A stretch of DNA of 64,000 bases from Clostridia bacterium (GTDB lineage: Bacteria > Bacillota > Clostridia > Oscillospirales > CAG-272), in NCBI GenBank assembly GCA_017936565.1, contig JAGBFG010000012.1, positions 2,254 to 66,253 on the forward strand, written 5' to 3'. This document shows, in pieces, positions 7,914-16,929 of the stretch (positions are counted from its first letter, which is position 1; each line of letters starts with the position of its first letter). The notes under the pieces were generated by a model. It saw only the letters and a program-made list of their open reading frames with translations. It did not search any database and was not told where the DNA came from. The position numbers and the translations under genes were made by a program.

Positions 7914-9350
7914 TCAGCTTCGGTAATACAGGCTATTTAAGAAGGCAAGCCTTTTTCGGTCTATGCTTTTAAGCTGCTCCGCTGTCATTCGGTAGAGCCA
8001 ATTTTCTTTGGCAGTACCCGGGGTGTTCATACGGGTATCAGCTCCAAAATAGAGCAGGTCCTGCATAGGAAATATCACAAGGTCCGCGGCGCTTGCAAGC
8101 ATCGTACGCAAAAGGAAGGTGTTATCCTTATCCCATCCTTCTTTTTTCTCATACCCGCAATAGTCAAGGGCTCTTTGCCTTGTTTCCTCTGCGCTTTCCA
8201 TCAGATAGCCAAGAAAGGTATTGTTGTCGTGCGTTCCTGTATAGGCGACACAGCTTTTTTCATAGTTGTGGGGCAGATGCCGCGTTTCCTCGCCACCTAA
8301 AAAGCCAAACTGCAAAACCCGCATTCCCAAGAAGCCGCTATAATCCAAAAGCGACTGGACGGAAGGGGTATTTTCCCCTAAATCCTCCGCGATGACAAGC
8401 TTGCCCGCGGCGCTTTCCTTCAACACGTCAACAAGCGCTTCTCTCGGTCCTTGCTGCCACGTGCCCTCTCTTGCGTTTGGCGCGCCGTAGGGCACCTGGT
8501 AGTAGGTATCAAAGCCACGAAAATGGTCGAGCCTGACCCCATCAAAAAGAGAAAAGATTTGCTCAACACGCGCTCGCCAAAAGGCAAAGCCTTCCTCTTT
8601 CATTTTTTCCCAACGGTAAATAGGATTGCCCCAGAGCTGCCCGTCCTCTGAAAAATAATCGGGTGGCACACCTGCCACTGCCAAGGGCAAATTATCTTCG
8701 TCTAATAAAAACAGCTGCGGCTCGGAAAAGACGTCTGCGCTCTCATAGGCAACATAAATCGGAATATCGCCAATAAGGGAGATGCCCTTTTGGTTGGCGT
8801 ATGCCTTTAAGCGCTGCCATTGCTTAAAGAAGGTATACGAAATAAACGCCCAAGTCTGATAGGTGGGAAAAGAAAAATGCTCCTTCGACCAAAGACGCCA
8901 GGGCTTGTTTTCGTTTGCCTCGCGGTATGCCATAAAGGAGCAAAAGCGATGCAGATACGGGTTTTCGTTGATAAAGGACTCAACGGCAGAAAAATCCTTC
9001 ACCCGCTCTGCCGCCTTAGCTAAAAGGGGCAACCGCTCCTTTACAAGACGCTCAAATTCCATTTTGTAGGGGGTCTTTTGCTTGGCTTGGTTTTTTTCCT
9101 CTTCGGTGATGAGTCCCTCGACATACAGCTGGTCAATATCGATAAAATAGGGGTTACAGCTGAACGCGGAAAAGGACTGATACGCTGAGGCGGTATCATC
9201 GGGAAGACAAAAGGGCAGGGTCTGCCAATAGGAAAAACCGCTTCCTGCCAAAAAATCCACAAAATCGTATGCGCCCTTGCCGAAATCTCCCGAGGAATAT
9301 TCCCCCGGCAAAGAGGATATATGGAGTAAAACGCCCGAAGCTCTTTTCAT
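7914..9350 (-). CDS. malQ: 4-alpha-glucanotransferase (GH77 amylomaltase)
   Basis: RASGVLLHISSLPG..., FRGFD, GTHDN motifs. Confidence 0.9.
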   Translation of the reverse strand: MKRASGVLLHISSLPGEYSSGDFGKGAYDFVDFLAGSGFSYWQTLPFCLPDDTASAYQSFSAFSCNPYFIDIDQLYVEGLITEEEKNQAKQKTPYKMEFERLVKERLPLLAKAAERVKDFSAVESFINENPYLHRFCSFMAYREANENKPWRLWSKEHFSFPTYQTWAFISYTFFKQWQRLKAYANQKGISLIGDIPIYVAYESADVFSEPQLFLLDEDNLPLAVAGVPPDYFSEDGQLWGNPIYRWEKMKEEGFAFWRARVEQIFSLFDGVRLDHFRGFDTYYQVPYGAPNAREGTWQQGPREALVDVLKESAAGKLVIAEDLGENTPSVQSLLDYSGFLGMRVLQFGFLGGEETRHLPHNYEKSCVAYTGTHDNNTFLGYLMESAEETRQRALDYCGYEKKEGWDKDNTFLLRTMLASAADLVIFPMQDLLYFGADTRMNTPGTAKENWLYRMTAEQLKSIDRKRLAFLNSLYYRS

Positions 9351-9474
9351 TTACAACCATTCCTTTCACATATAGATATGGCTTTGTTCTCTATCTTTTT
9401 GATTTTTGCTATATTGTTTTTACCCTTCTTTACTGTTTTATATTCACCATTCTCTTAAAAATATGCGCAAGCGG

Positions 9475-9503
9475 TTGACAAAATCCTGCTTTTTGGGTAT
9501 AAT
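9475..9503 (+). promoter_or_regulatory. sigma-A-type promoter of ssrA
   Basis: TTGACA 9475-9480, 17-nt spacer, TATAAT 9498-9503. Confidence 0.75.
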
Positions 9504-9521
9504 ATGATATACAAGTTATCT

Positions 9522-9914
9522 GGGGGTGTAAAGGTTTCGACGGGGATGTTGCGATATGATAAGCGTGGCGGGCTGAGTAATCCCGTTACAATGCTCAAAC
9601 TAAACAATAAACGACAACAGAACTGTTGCTTTGGCTGCTTGATTAACGCCTCTTTGTGAGGCTTAATCAGCGGTGCTGCGGTTTATTAACCGCCCGTTCC
9701 CCTTCCAAGTACCACGGTGGAAGGCTGAGCGTCATTTGAGTGGTGAACTTGCGCGGGTGTTTCGCCCTTGAACCCGCCAAGCAAAAAAGGGCTACCTTGA
9801 CCAAGAGCGTGTCTGTTCGCGCTTGCGATAGGGAAAGTTAAAAGCAGACTGTCCACGAAGAAAGTCATATTTAGATGTTCTCGGACACGGGTTCGATTCC
9901 CGTCATCTCCACCA
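9522..9914 (+). ncRNA. ssrA: tmRNA (transfer-messenger RNA)
   Basis: 5' GGGGGTGTAAAGGTTTCGACGGGG, 3' GGACACGGGTTCGATTCCCGTCATCTCCACCA; internal tag frame ...AAC GAC AAC AGA ACT GTT GCT TTG GCT GCT TGA (..NDNRTVALAA*, stop 9640-9642). Confidence 0.95.
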
Positions 9915-9962
9915 AAGCAAAAAGCGCCGCAAGGGCGCTTTTTGCTTTGGTGGAGATGACGC
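9915..9962 (+). terminator. ssrA terminator; stem extends into tmRNA 3' end
   Basis: aaagcaaaaagcgccgc-aa-gggcgctttttgcttt; outer arms cgtcatctccacc (9901-9913) / ggtggagatgacg (9949-9961). Confidence 0.8.
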
Positions 9963-10180
9963 CTTCGAGCACGGCATACGCTTAGTTTTCACCCCCCTTT
10001 TTCACCTCTATTCTCTTATCGCACCTTACTCTTCTTTTCGTTTTAAGTGCGGCGTATGCCGGGTTCGAGAAAACGCCGCTTTGGCGTCAAGCTCGCTTGT
10101 AAGCACTGCGGCGTTTTCCGCCGATGCCGCTCTTGGCGGCAGTCGGATTCCCGTTAAGCGCCGCGAGGGCGCTTTTCATT

Positions 10181-10209
10181 TTTGGTCATTTTTGGTCAAA
10201 ATTTGGTCA
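10181..10209 (+). repeat. Three direct TTTGGTCA repeats at 10/11-bp spacing
   Basis: tttggtca at 10181, 10191, 10202. Confidence 0.6.
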
Positions 10210-10343
10210 AGCAAAAGGAAAGCGAAAAATGCAAGTATTTTTCGTATATTCACATCTTTGCCGTGATTTTTTTTACAGAAACAGTTGTTTTGTTCAAAAA
10301 AGTGTGCTACAATATAGGCGATATGAAAAAAGGAGCTTGCTAT

Positions 10344-10724
10344 ATGAAAATTGCACTGATTGCGCACGACAAAAAGAAAAACGAGATTATTGAGCTTGCC
10401 AAGGAATACGTGGACGTTTTGAAGCGTCACGAGTTATATGCCACAGGTACAACAGGCACGCTGATTATGGGAGAAACCGGGCTTCCCATTCACAGAATGA
10501 AGAGCGGCCCTTTGGGCGGTGACCAGCAAATCGGCGCGATGCTGGCAAACGGAGAGCTTGACCTCATTATCTTTTTGCGTGACCCTTTGACCGCGCAACC
10601 GCACGAGCCTGACGTTTCGGCGCTTTTACGCCTTTGCGACGTGCAATCCATTCCCCTTGCTACCAACGCAAGCTCAGCGCGCGTGATGCTGGAAGCGATG
10701 AAAAACAGCATTTATTTCAAATAA
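10344..10724 (+). CDS. mgsA: Methylglyoxal synthase
   Basis: [12 protein letters not shown]...LYATGTTG...[11 protein letters not shown]...PHEPDV motifs; ATG 10344 follows AAAGGAG (track N-terminal extension from 10182 rejected). Confidence 0.95.
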   Translation: MKIALIAHDKKKNEIIELAKEYVDVLKRHELYATGTTGTLIMGETGLPIHRMKSGPLGGDQQIGAMLANGELDLIIFLRDPLTAQPHEPDVSALLRLCDVQSIPLATNASSARVMLEAMKNSIYFK

Positions 10725-10902
10725 CGCTTTCCTCTTACATAGGAAAAGGGGATGCTTCACTATTTGTGAAGCATCGAAAAGCAACACAAAAGGGTTGCTT
10801 TTCGTTTCCCGTGCGTTACAATTCCACGGAAATTGTAACGCACCCTGCAAATTTTCTGCAAAAAAACCGGCAATCTGCGCCTTTGTTGGAACAAATTGCC
10901 GT

Positions 10903-10935
10903 GGGGCTGAGTCATTCACTCAGCCCCTTTTTGTT
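10903..10935 (+). terminator. Rho-independent terminator
   Basis: ggggctgagt-cattc-actcagcccc followed by tttttgtttt. Confidence 0.75.
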
Positions 10936-11888
10936 TTATACGTGTGTTTCCTCTTTTATTTCTTCCTTTTCCCTCTTTTTGCCGAGCTTAGCGAAGAAAG
11001 GAAAGGTTAAGGGATAGAGTGCGCCCGCAAAAAGCACGATAAGGAAATAGCGAATGGCGTTTGCTGATGCGTGTCCACCCGTGATTGCATTACAGGGCGC
11101 CTTCAAGACGATACGAAGGGCGATAATAAGCCCAAGCCCCACGGCTAATTTGATAAGCTGAGCCCACCAGATAGCCTTGGTTTCATAATGTATGTAGGCT
11201 TGGTCCAACCAATAGACAAGACCAAAGCCCAGAACGGCGCCCAAAATGGTATAGGCGTTCTTAAAGGCGGATTTCAGATTTTCCGCATCGATATCGGGAG
11301 CAAAGGGATAAAGCTCCATAAAGAGCACAAAGGCAAGCGACAAAACGCCCATTCCGCCGATAAACCAATAAAACCTTGAAGGATTTTTTTGAAAATAACG
11401 GAACAGGGGCTCGAGCGTGAAAAACAGAACGCCCGCCATCAAAAGACTAAATGACACGTCGGCAAAGCTATGCACACCGAGATACAGGCGCGAGAAGGCA
11501 ACCAAGACGCAAAGGACAAGACACGGTATGACAATGACCTTTTCCGATGCCAATAGGCAATACCGCCGAAGGTGCCAACAGCCGTTTGCGTGTGGCCGCT
11601 GGGAAAGGAATAGCCTGTGGCGGCTTCCTTTGTGCCTTCCACCACAGAGAAGGACGGGTCCTTTACCCACGGGCGAGGAACGCGGCAAACGATTTTCAGA
11701 AATTGATTGACGATGACCCCCAAAAAGCCAACGGAGAGAATATAATACCCCTCAAATTTATCGACGCACCATATAAAAAACAAGGCGACTGCCAAATAAA
11801 TGACCTCTTCTCCAAATCGGGTGACGAGAGAAAAGAAGACATCAAAGACGGGGTTTCTGATAGAAGCGATGGCATATAAGACAGACAT
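10936..11888 (-). pseudogene. PAP2-family phosphatase (with extra C-terminal membrane domain) interrupted by a 1-nt frameshift near 11555-11562
   Basis: PAP2 motifs KIVCRVPRP and PSGH are in ORF 11439..11888; third motif SRLYLGVHSFADV is in overlapping ORF 10936..11688, a different frame. Confidence 0.8.
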
Positions 11889-11944
11889 AGCTCGTTCCTT
11901 TCTGAAACAGGATGTCTATATTATACGCTATAAGCGAAAAAAAG

Positions 11945-13396
11945 TCAAGAAAGAAAGCGCGAGCAGACCCTTGCCGCTTCTCTTCCGCACTGTGCTGCGA
12001 CAGGAAGCCCACCGGGAGATTTTTGCCACTGAGTTGCCAAAAAGGCGTTTTCAAACGGCTTAATACGACATCCCAAGCGATAAAGCAAGGCAGAGGGGGT
12101 TGTGGCAAAGCCAAGGAAGGCGCCGTTTTTGCTGTCAAAATAGCGTGAATAGGTGGCAGGGGTCCAAACGTCCAGCAAGGAAAGGCGGTCATACAAACAC
12201 GGATAGGCTTTTATCAAACGCTCCTTTACGAGCGCAGCGTACTCAGCCTTTTCCTCTTGATAGAGAGCTTTACTTTTCGAAAGGCGGGAAAAATACACCG
12301 TTCCCTCTTCCCGCAAAAACGTCAGCGTTTGCAAAACAACCTCATCGCCCTGACAAAAAACCTCATCATAGTCGTACACCTTGAATGCCAAGGTTTCCTG
12401 CCTTTCCCCTGCCACCTCAAAGGGCTCGGTTTGCAGGATAACCGTTCCGCTTGGATTATCCTTTGCCCTTTTCAGGCGAAACGCCGCTTGCACCGCCGAA
12501 TACGTCAGGTGCTTTTGATACATCTCCCGAAGTCCTTTGGGCGTAAAAGAGGAAGGCAAGAGTCTTCCAAAGGTGACAGAAGGGTCGATAGCGGCTATAT
12601 ACCCGTCGGCAAAATAGCGCTTTCCCTCAAAGCTTTCGGCGCATTCTATCCGCTTGGCACTATGCCGAAGCTCCTTGACGCACACCCCCGTTTCCAACCG
12701 ACCACCCAAGGACAAAAAACGCTCTTCCAACGCCCGAATGACGCTCTCCGTTCCACCCATGCACAAGGAAGCGTTCCCTGTCACAAAGGCGGCATATACG
12801 TAAATAAGAGAGAGCGCGCAAAATTCCTCGCCGATATACCCCACCATCATACTTCGCAAGAGCGGGTGGCGGAATTTTTGGGAGAGCTCTCCCAGAGTCA
12901 TCCTTACATACGGCAACAGCAGGGGGGAAACCAAAAAGGCTTGTAAACCTTGCTTTACCTTTTCTATTCCCGCTTTTTGGGGCATTTTTGCCGCTAAAAA
13001 AGAAAGAGCTTGAAAGAAGCGGCGAATTTCCTTTTCGTCCTCGGGAGAAAGAGCAAGCATTTCACTTTCCGTTCTTTTCGGGTTTTGCCAAAGAGAAAGG
13101 GTCTTCCCTTTTCCTTCAACACGGAACAAAAAGGGGGAAAAATATATCTGACTGTCGGGAGAGAGCACCCCCAAGGTTTGCCACATATGATAGAGGGCGG
13201 TATCCTTGCGGGTGCCCGTTAGCCAATGCAGACAGTTATCAATATAAAAGCCCTCGCGCCGCCAGCCCATCATACAGCCGCCAAGGCACTTGTTTTTTTC
13301 GAGCAGGGTTACCTCGTGCCCGTGAAGCAGGCTGTGTATCCCGGCGCTTAAACCGCTCATACCGCCCCCTACAACCAAAACCCGTCTTTTTCCCAT
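11945..13396 (-). CDS. NAD(P)/FAD-dependent oxidoreductase (phytoene-desaturase/amine-oxidase-like)
   Basis: VLVVGGGMSGLSAG...LLEKNKCLGG dinucleotide-binding motif; ATG 13396 follows GGAG. Confidence 0.75.
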   Translation of the reverse strand: MGKRRVLVVGGGMSGLSAGIHSLLHGHEVTLLEKNKCLGGCMMGWRREGFYIDNCLHWLTGTRKDTALYHMWQTLGVLSPDSQIYFSPFLFRVEGKGKTLSLWQNPKRTESEMLALSPEDEKEIRRFFQALSFLAAKMPQKAGIEKVKQGLQAFLVSPLLLPYVRMTLGELSQKFRHPLLRSMMVGYIGEEFCALSLIYVYAAFVTGNASLCMGGTESVIRALEERFLSLGGRLETGVCVKELRHSAKRIECAESFEGKRYFADGYIAAIDPSVTFGRLLPSSFTPKGLREMYQKHLTYSAVQAAFRLKRAKDNPSGTVILQTEPFEVAGERQETLAFKVYDYDEVFCQGDEVVLQTLTFLREEGTVYFSRLSKSKALYQEEKAEYAALVKERLIKAYPCLYDRLSLLDVWTPATYSRYFDSKNGAFLGFATTPSALLYRLGCRIKPFENAFLATQWQKSPGGLPVAAQCGREAARVCSRFLS

Positions 13397-13526
13397 CTTT
13401 TTTTCTCCTGTTTTTTTGCTTGTATATTTTTCCATTTGGGCAAAAAATATGCAGTTTTTTGAAAATTTGCTTGGTTTTTGGGAAAAACTGTGTTACAATA
13501 GAGAAAAACAAGAAAGGCATTTGACT

Positions 13527-14750
13527 ATGACGAAAGAACAAGAATATGCCCGCCTTTTAATACAGGTAGGTCTTAACGTGCAAAAAGGACAAAACGTTGT
13601 TATTCACGCGCCTGTGGATACCGCTCCCTTTGCGCGACTTTGTATGGAAGAGGCGTATGCTGTGGGGGCAAGGGACGTTACTGTTGTGTATTCCGATGAT
13701 GCCGTCACCCGTGCCCATTTTCTGAACGCCGAGGACGACGTTTTTGACGAAACACCCGCTTGGCGGTGCCATCTGATGAACGACTATGCCCGCGAGGGCG
13801 CGGCATGCCTTTTCATCGCCGCTTCCGACCCGATGAATCTGGCGGGCGTTGAGCCTATTCGCATTTTGCGAAACGCCAAAGCCAAGGGCAGAGATTTAGC
13901 GGAATTTTACCGCTTGGAAACGACCAACTTTTTCCCTTGGTGCATCGCTTCCGTACCGACAGAGGCTTGGGCAAAAAAGGTCTTTCCCGACAGCACACCC
14001 CAAGAGGCTATGCGTCTTTTGGGCGACGCGATTTACCAGACGGTGCGCATTTCGGGAAAGGGCGACAGCGTGGCGCTTTGGCGAGAGCATTTATCTATGC
14101 TGACGGCGCGTACCGAGAAGCTCAACGCCTACCGTTTTGTTTCTCTGCATTATAAAAACAGTCTTGGCACGGATTTGACCGTTCGCCTGCCCGAAGGGCA
14201 TCTGTGGCAATCGGGCGAGGACGTAACCCCCAAGGGACAGCGCTTTGTTGCCAATATGCCAACCGAGGAAATCTTCACAGCGCCCTTGAAAAACGGCGTT
14301 GACGGAATTGTTTACGGCGCAATGCCCTTGGTCAACAGCGGAAACATCATTGAAGACTTTTATTTCGTCATAAAAGAGGGCAGAATCGTCGAGGTGCACG
14401 CCAAGAAGGGCGAGGAAATCCTGAAAAACGCCATTTCGGTGGACGAGGGCGCCTCGTATCTTGGCGAGGTTGCTTTAATTCCCTACAATTCTCCCATTTC
14501 TAACCAAGGTATTTTGTACTACGAAACCCTGTTTGACGAAAACGCTTCCTGCCATCTCGCCTTTGGCGAGGCTTATCCTTGCTTGGAGGGTGGCGCTGAT
14601 ATGAGTGAGGAAGAATTAAAGGAGAGAGGTCTTAACTCCTCTTCTCAGCACGTGGACTTTATGGTGGGAACGGCTGACCTTTCTATTGTGGGTATCACCC
14701 ACGAGGGCGAAGAGGTCGTTGTCTTTAAGGACGGCGATTTTGCCATTTAA
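13527..14750 (+). CDS. Aminopeptidase, peptidase M29 (AmpS/PepS-like)
   Basis: MTKEQEYARLLIQVGLNVQKGQ...; C-terminal HLAFGEAY and DFMVG motifs typical of M29. Confidence 0.85.
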   Translation: MTKEQEYARLLIQVGLNVQKGQNVVIHAPVDTAPFARLCMEEAYAVGARDVTVVYSDDAVTRAHFLNAEDDVFDETPAWRCHLMNDYAREGAACLFIAASDPMNLAGVEPIRILRNAKAKGRDLAEFYRLETTNFFPWCIASVPTEAWAKKVFPDSTPQEAMRLLGDAIYQTVRISGKGDSVALWREHLSMLTARTEKLNAYRFVSLHYKNSLGTDLTVRLPEGHLWQSGEDVTPKGQRFVANMPTEEIFTAPLKNGVDGIVYGAMPLVNSGNIIEDFYFVIKEGRIVEVHAKKGEEILKNAISVDEGASYLGEVALIPYNSPISNQGILYYETLFDENASCHLAFGEAYPCLEGGADMSEEELKERGLNSSSQHVDFMVGTADLSIVGITHEGEEVVVFKDGDFAI

Positions 14751-14771
14751 GCAGATATCTTTTTTGCAAAT

Positions 14772-14810
14772 AAAAAATCCGCAAATCCAATGGATTTGCG
14801 GATTTTTCTT
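14772..14810. terminator. Bidirectional terminator
   Basis: aaaaaatccgcaaatcc-aat-ggatttgcggattttt. Confidence 0.8.
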
Positions 14811-14811
14811 T

Positions 14812-15768
14812 TTATCTGTCCTCTCGGAAATAGGGCAAGCCGAGAGAGGCAGGGGGTTGATTTTCCTTATCGTCGAAAATCGAGGTGACGATAAGTACCA
14901 CGATGGTGATAACGTAAGGAAGCATCTTGATGATTTCCTTTTGGGTGGAGGTGACGTTGGCAAGGACGAAGGCTACGATGTAGCAGCCGCCAAAGAGCAA
15001 TGCGCCGAGAATGCCAAGATGGGGCTTCCAAAGGACGAAGATAACCAAGGCAATGGCAAGCCAGCCGAAAGCCTCGATGATAGAGGCGTTTTCCCAGCTT
15101 CCCTTGATATAGTCCATAATGTAGTAGAAGCCGCCAAGACCAGCGATACCGCTACCCACCAAAATCGCCACATATTTATAGGCGGTAACGTTGATGCCCG
15201 CGGCATCGGCAGTTGCGGGGCTTTCACCAACCGCGCGCAGATGCAAGCCGACCCTTGTTTTATTCAAAACGAAGGTGCAGGCGAGGGCAACCGCAATGGC
15301 GATATAAACGAAGACGCCGTGCCCCAAGAAAATCTCGCCGAACCAGCCCAAATTCTTGGCAAAGGGCAAGGGAGAAGAGATGAGCTTTCCTGCGGCATCA
15401 AAATGAGTGCGATCCACAAAGGACATCAAAAAGTCCGTAGCGCCCGCGCCGAAGATGGTAATAGCAAGACCTGTAATGTTCTGGTTACAACGCAGAGAGA
15501 CGGTCAAGAGGGCATAAATGGCGCCCGTTGCCGCGGCGAAAATAACGGAAAAGACAAGAGAAAACAAAACGAGCAAGAGCCACGAGGGGTTTCCATTGGC
15601 AATTCCCATATAGAGAGAAGTGCCAAGGCATCCGCCTGCGGTGCCCATACACATAATACCGGGAATACCGAGGTTCAAATGCCCTGCTTTCTCGGTGATG
15701 ATTTCACCAACACATCCAAAAAGCAGGACGGTGGCAATGGAGATTGCCGAAACAAGAAAGGTAATCAC
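14812..15768 (-). CDS. ABC transporter permease (BMP/nucleoside uptake system)
   Basis: Polytopic membrane protein; 4-nt overlap with upstream permease; operon with BMP binding protein. Confidence 0.85.
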   Translation of the reverse strand: MITFLVSAISIATVLLFGCVGEIITEKAGHLNLGIPGIMCMGTAGGCLGTSLYMGIANGNPSWLLLVLFSLVFSVIFAAATGAIYALLTVSLRCNQNITGLAITIFGAGATDFLMSFVDRTHFDAAGKLISSPLPFAKNLGWFGEIFLGHGVFVYIAIAVALACTFVLNKTRVGLHLRAVGESPATADAAGINVTAYKYVAILVGSGIAGLGGFYYIMDYIKGSWENASIIEAFGWLAIALVIFVLWKPHLGILGALLFGGCYIVAFVLANVTSTQKEIIKMLPYVITIVVLIVTSIFDDKENQPPASLGLPYFREDR

Positions 15769-16898
15769 AGCGGCTTTCCTCCTTCCGTTTTGGTGCTTCG
15801 CGCTTCGGGCTTGCGGAATTTCACCTCATAGGTGATGAAGAAGCTGCAAGCGATAACGCAGAAATAGACAAGACCGATAACGATGTTGGCGATACTGTCG
15901 TTGGTGAAGCCAAAGGCGCTACGCACCTCCATCATACCCTTATCCACAAAGGCGATAAAGCCGCAGGTGCCCATCATAATTAAGGGGTTGAAGGCGGCAA
16001 GCCAGGTTGCCATAATGGCGGTGAAGCCCATATTATTGGCAGAGGCGGTGGAAACCGTGTGCTCAATAGACCCTGCCACAAACAAGCCCACAACGCCGCA
16101 CAGGGCGCCCGAGATAATCATAGTACGAATAATAACCTTCTTGACGTCAATACCGATATACTTAGCGGTATTGGGGCTATCGCCGACAACGGAAATCTCA
16201 TAGCCCTGCTTGGTATATTTCAGATATACAAACATCAAAACCGCCAAGGCAAAGAAAACGATGATAGTCAAAAGGTACTTACTACCGAAGAGATTGGGAA
16301 AATGACCGTTTGGCAGGGGATACAAAACGCCCGAGCCCGACTTGACCCAGATAGAGATGAACATAGCCACAAGACCCGAGGCGATGTAGTTGAGCATCAG
16401 GGTGAAAAGCGACTCATTGGTATTAAAGAGCGCCTTAAAGATGGCGGGCAAAACACCCCAGATGGCGCCTGCCAGAATACTTGTCACCGTCATCAGAATG
16501 ATGACGAGAAAATCGGGGATTTTACCGCCGAGGTAGTACATACAGGCAACAGCCGCAAGACAGCTCACCAAAATCTGCCCGTTACCGCCAAGGTTCCAGA
16601 ACTTCATCTTGAAGGCGGGAACCAATGCAATCGCAACGCCAAGAAGCAGAGCGGTATCCTGCAAAAGCAACCAAATTCGACGGGAAGAGCCAAAGGCGCC
16701 GCCGAACAGCGAGGAGAAAAACTGCAAGGGATTCTTGTCCGAGAATGCGGAGCAGATAATGCTGGAAAGTAAAAGGCTACCCACAATGGCGATAGCATAT
16801 ATCAAAATGACCTTTCCAACGGGCAACGTATCACGCTTTACCAAGCGAAAGAAAGGCTCTTTTTTTACCTGCGCTTGTTTTTTCTGTTGGTTATCCAT
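15765..16898 (-). CDS. ABC transporter permease (BMP/nucleoside uptake system)
   Basis: Polytopic membrane protein in the same operon. Confidence 0.85.
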   Translation of the reverse strand: MDNQQKKQAQVKKEPFFRLVKRDTLPVGKVILIYAIAIVGSLLLSSIICSAFSDKNPLQFFSSLFGGAFGSSRRIWLLLQDTALLLGVAIALVPAFKMKFWNLGGNGQILVSCLAAVACMYYLGGKIPDFLVIILMTVTSILAGAIWGVLPAIFKALFNTNESLFTLMLNYIASGLVAMFISIWVKSGSGVLYPLPNGHFPNLFGSKYLLTIIVFFALAVLMFVYLKYTKQGYEISVVGDSPNTAKYIGIDVKKVIIRTMIISGALCGVVGLFVAGSIEHTVSTASANNMGFTAIMATWLAAFNPLIMMGTCGFIAFVDKGMMEVRSAFGFTNDSIANIVIGLVYFCVIACSFFITYEVKFRKPEARSTKTEGGKPL

Positions 16899-16929
16899 AT
16901 CACTTAACGCTTAAAAGCTTCCTTTCCTT

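Noticed and set aside
10182-10343. N-terminal extension of mgsA in the ORF track
   Set aside because: It runs through the promoter and repeat region. ATG 10344, preceded by AAAGGAG, gives the canonical 126-aa MgsA.
14686-16772. Long + strand ORFs (14686..15831, 16059..16772)
   Set aside because: They lie antisense to the two ABC permease genes. Their charged, low-complexity translations have no support.
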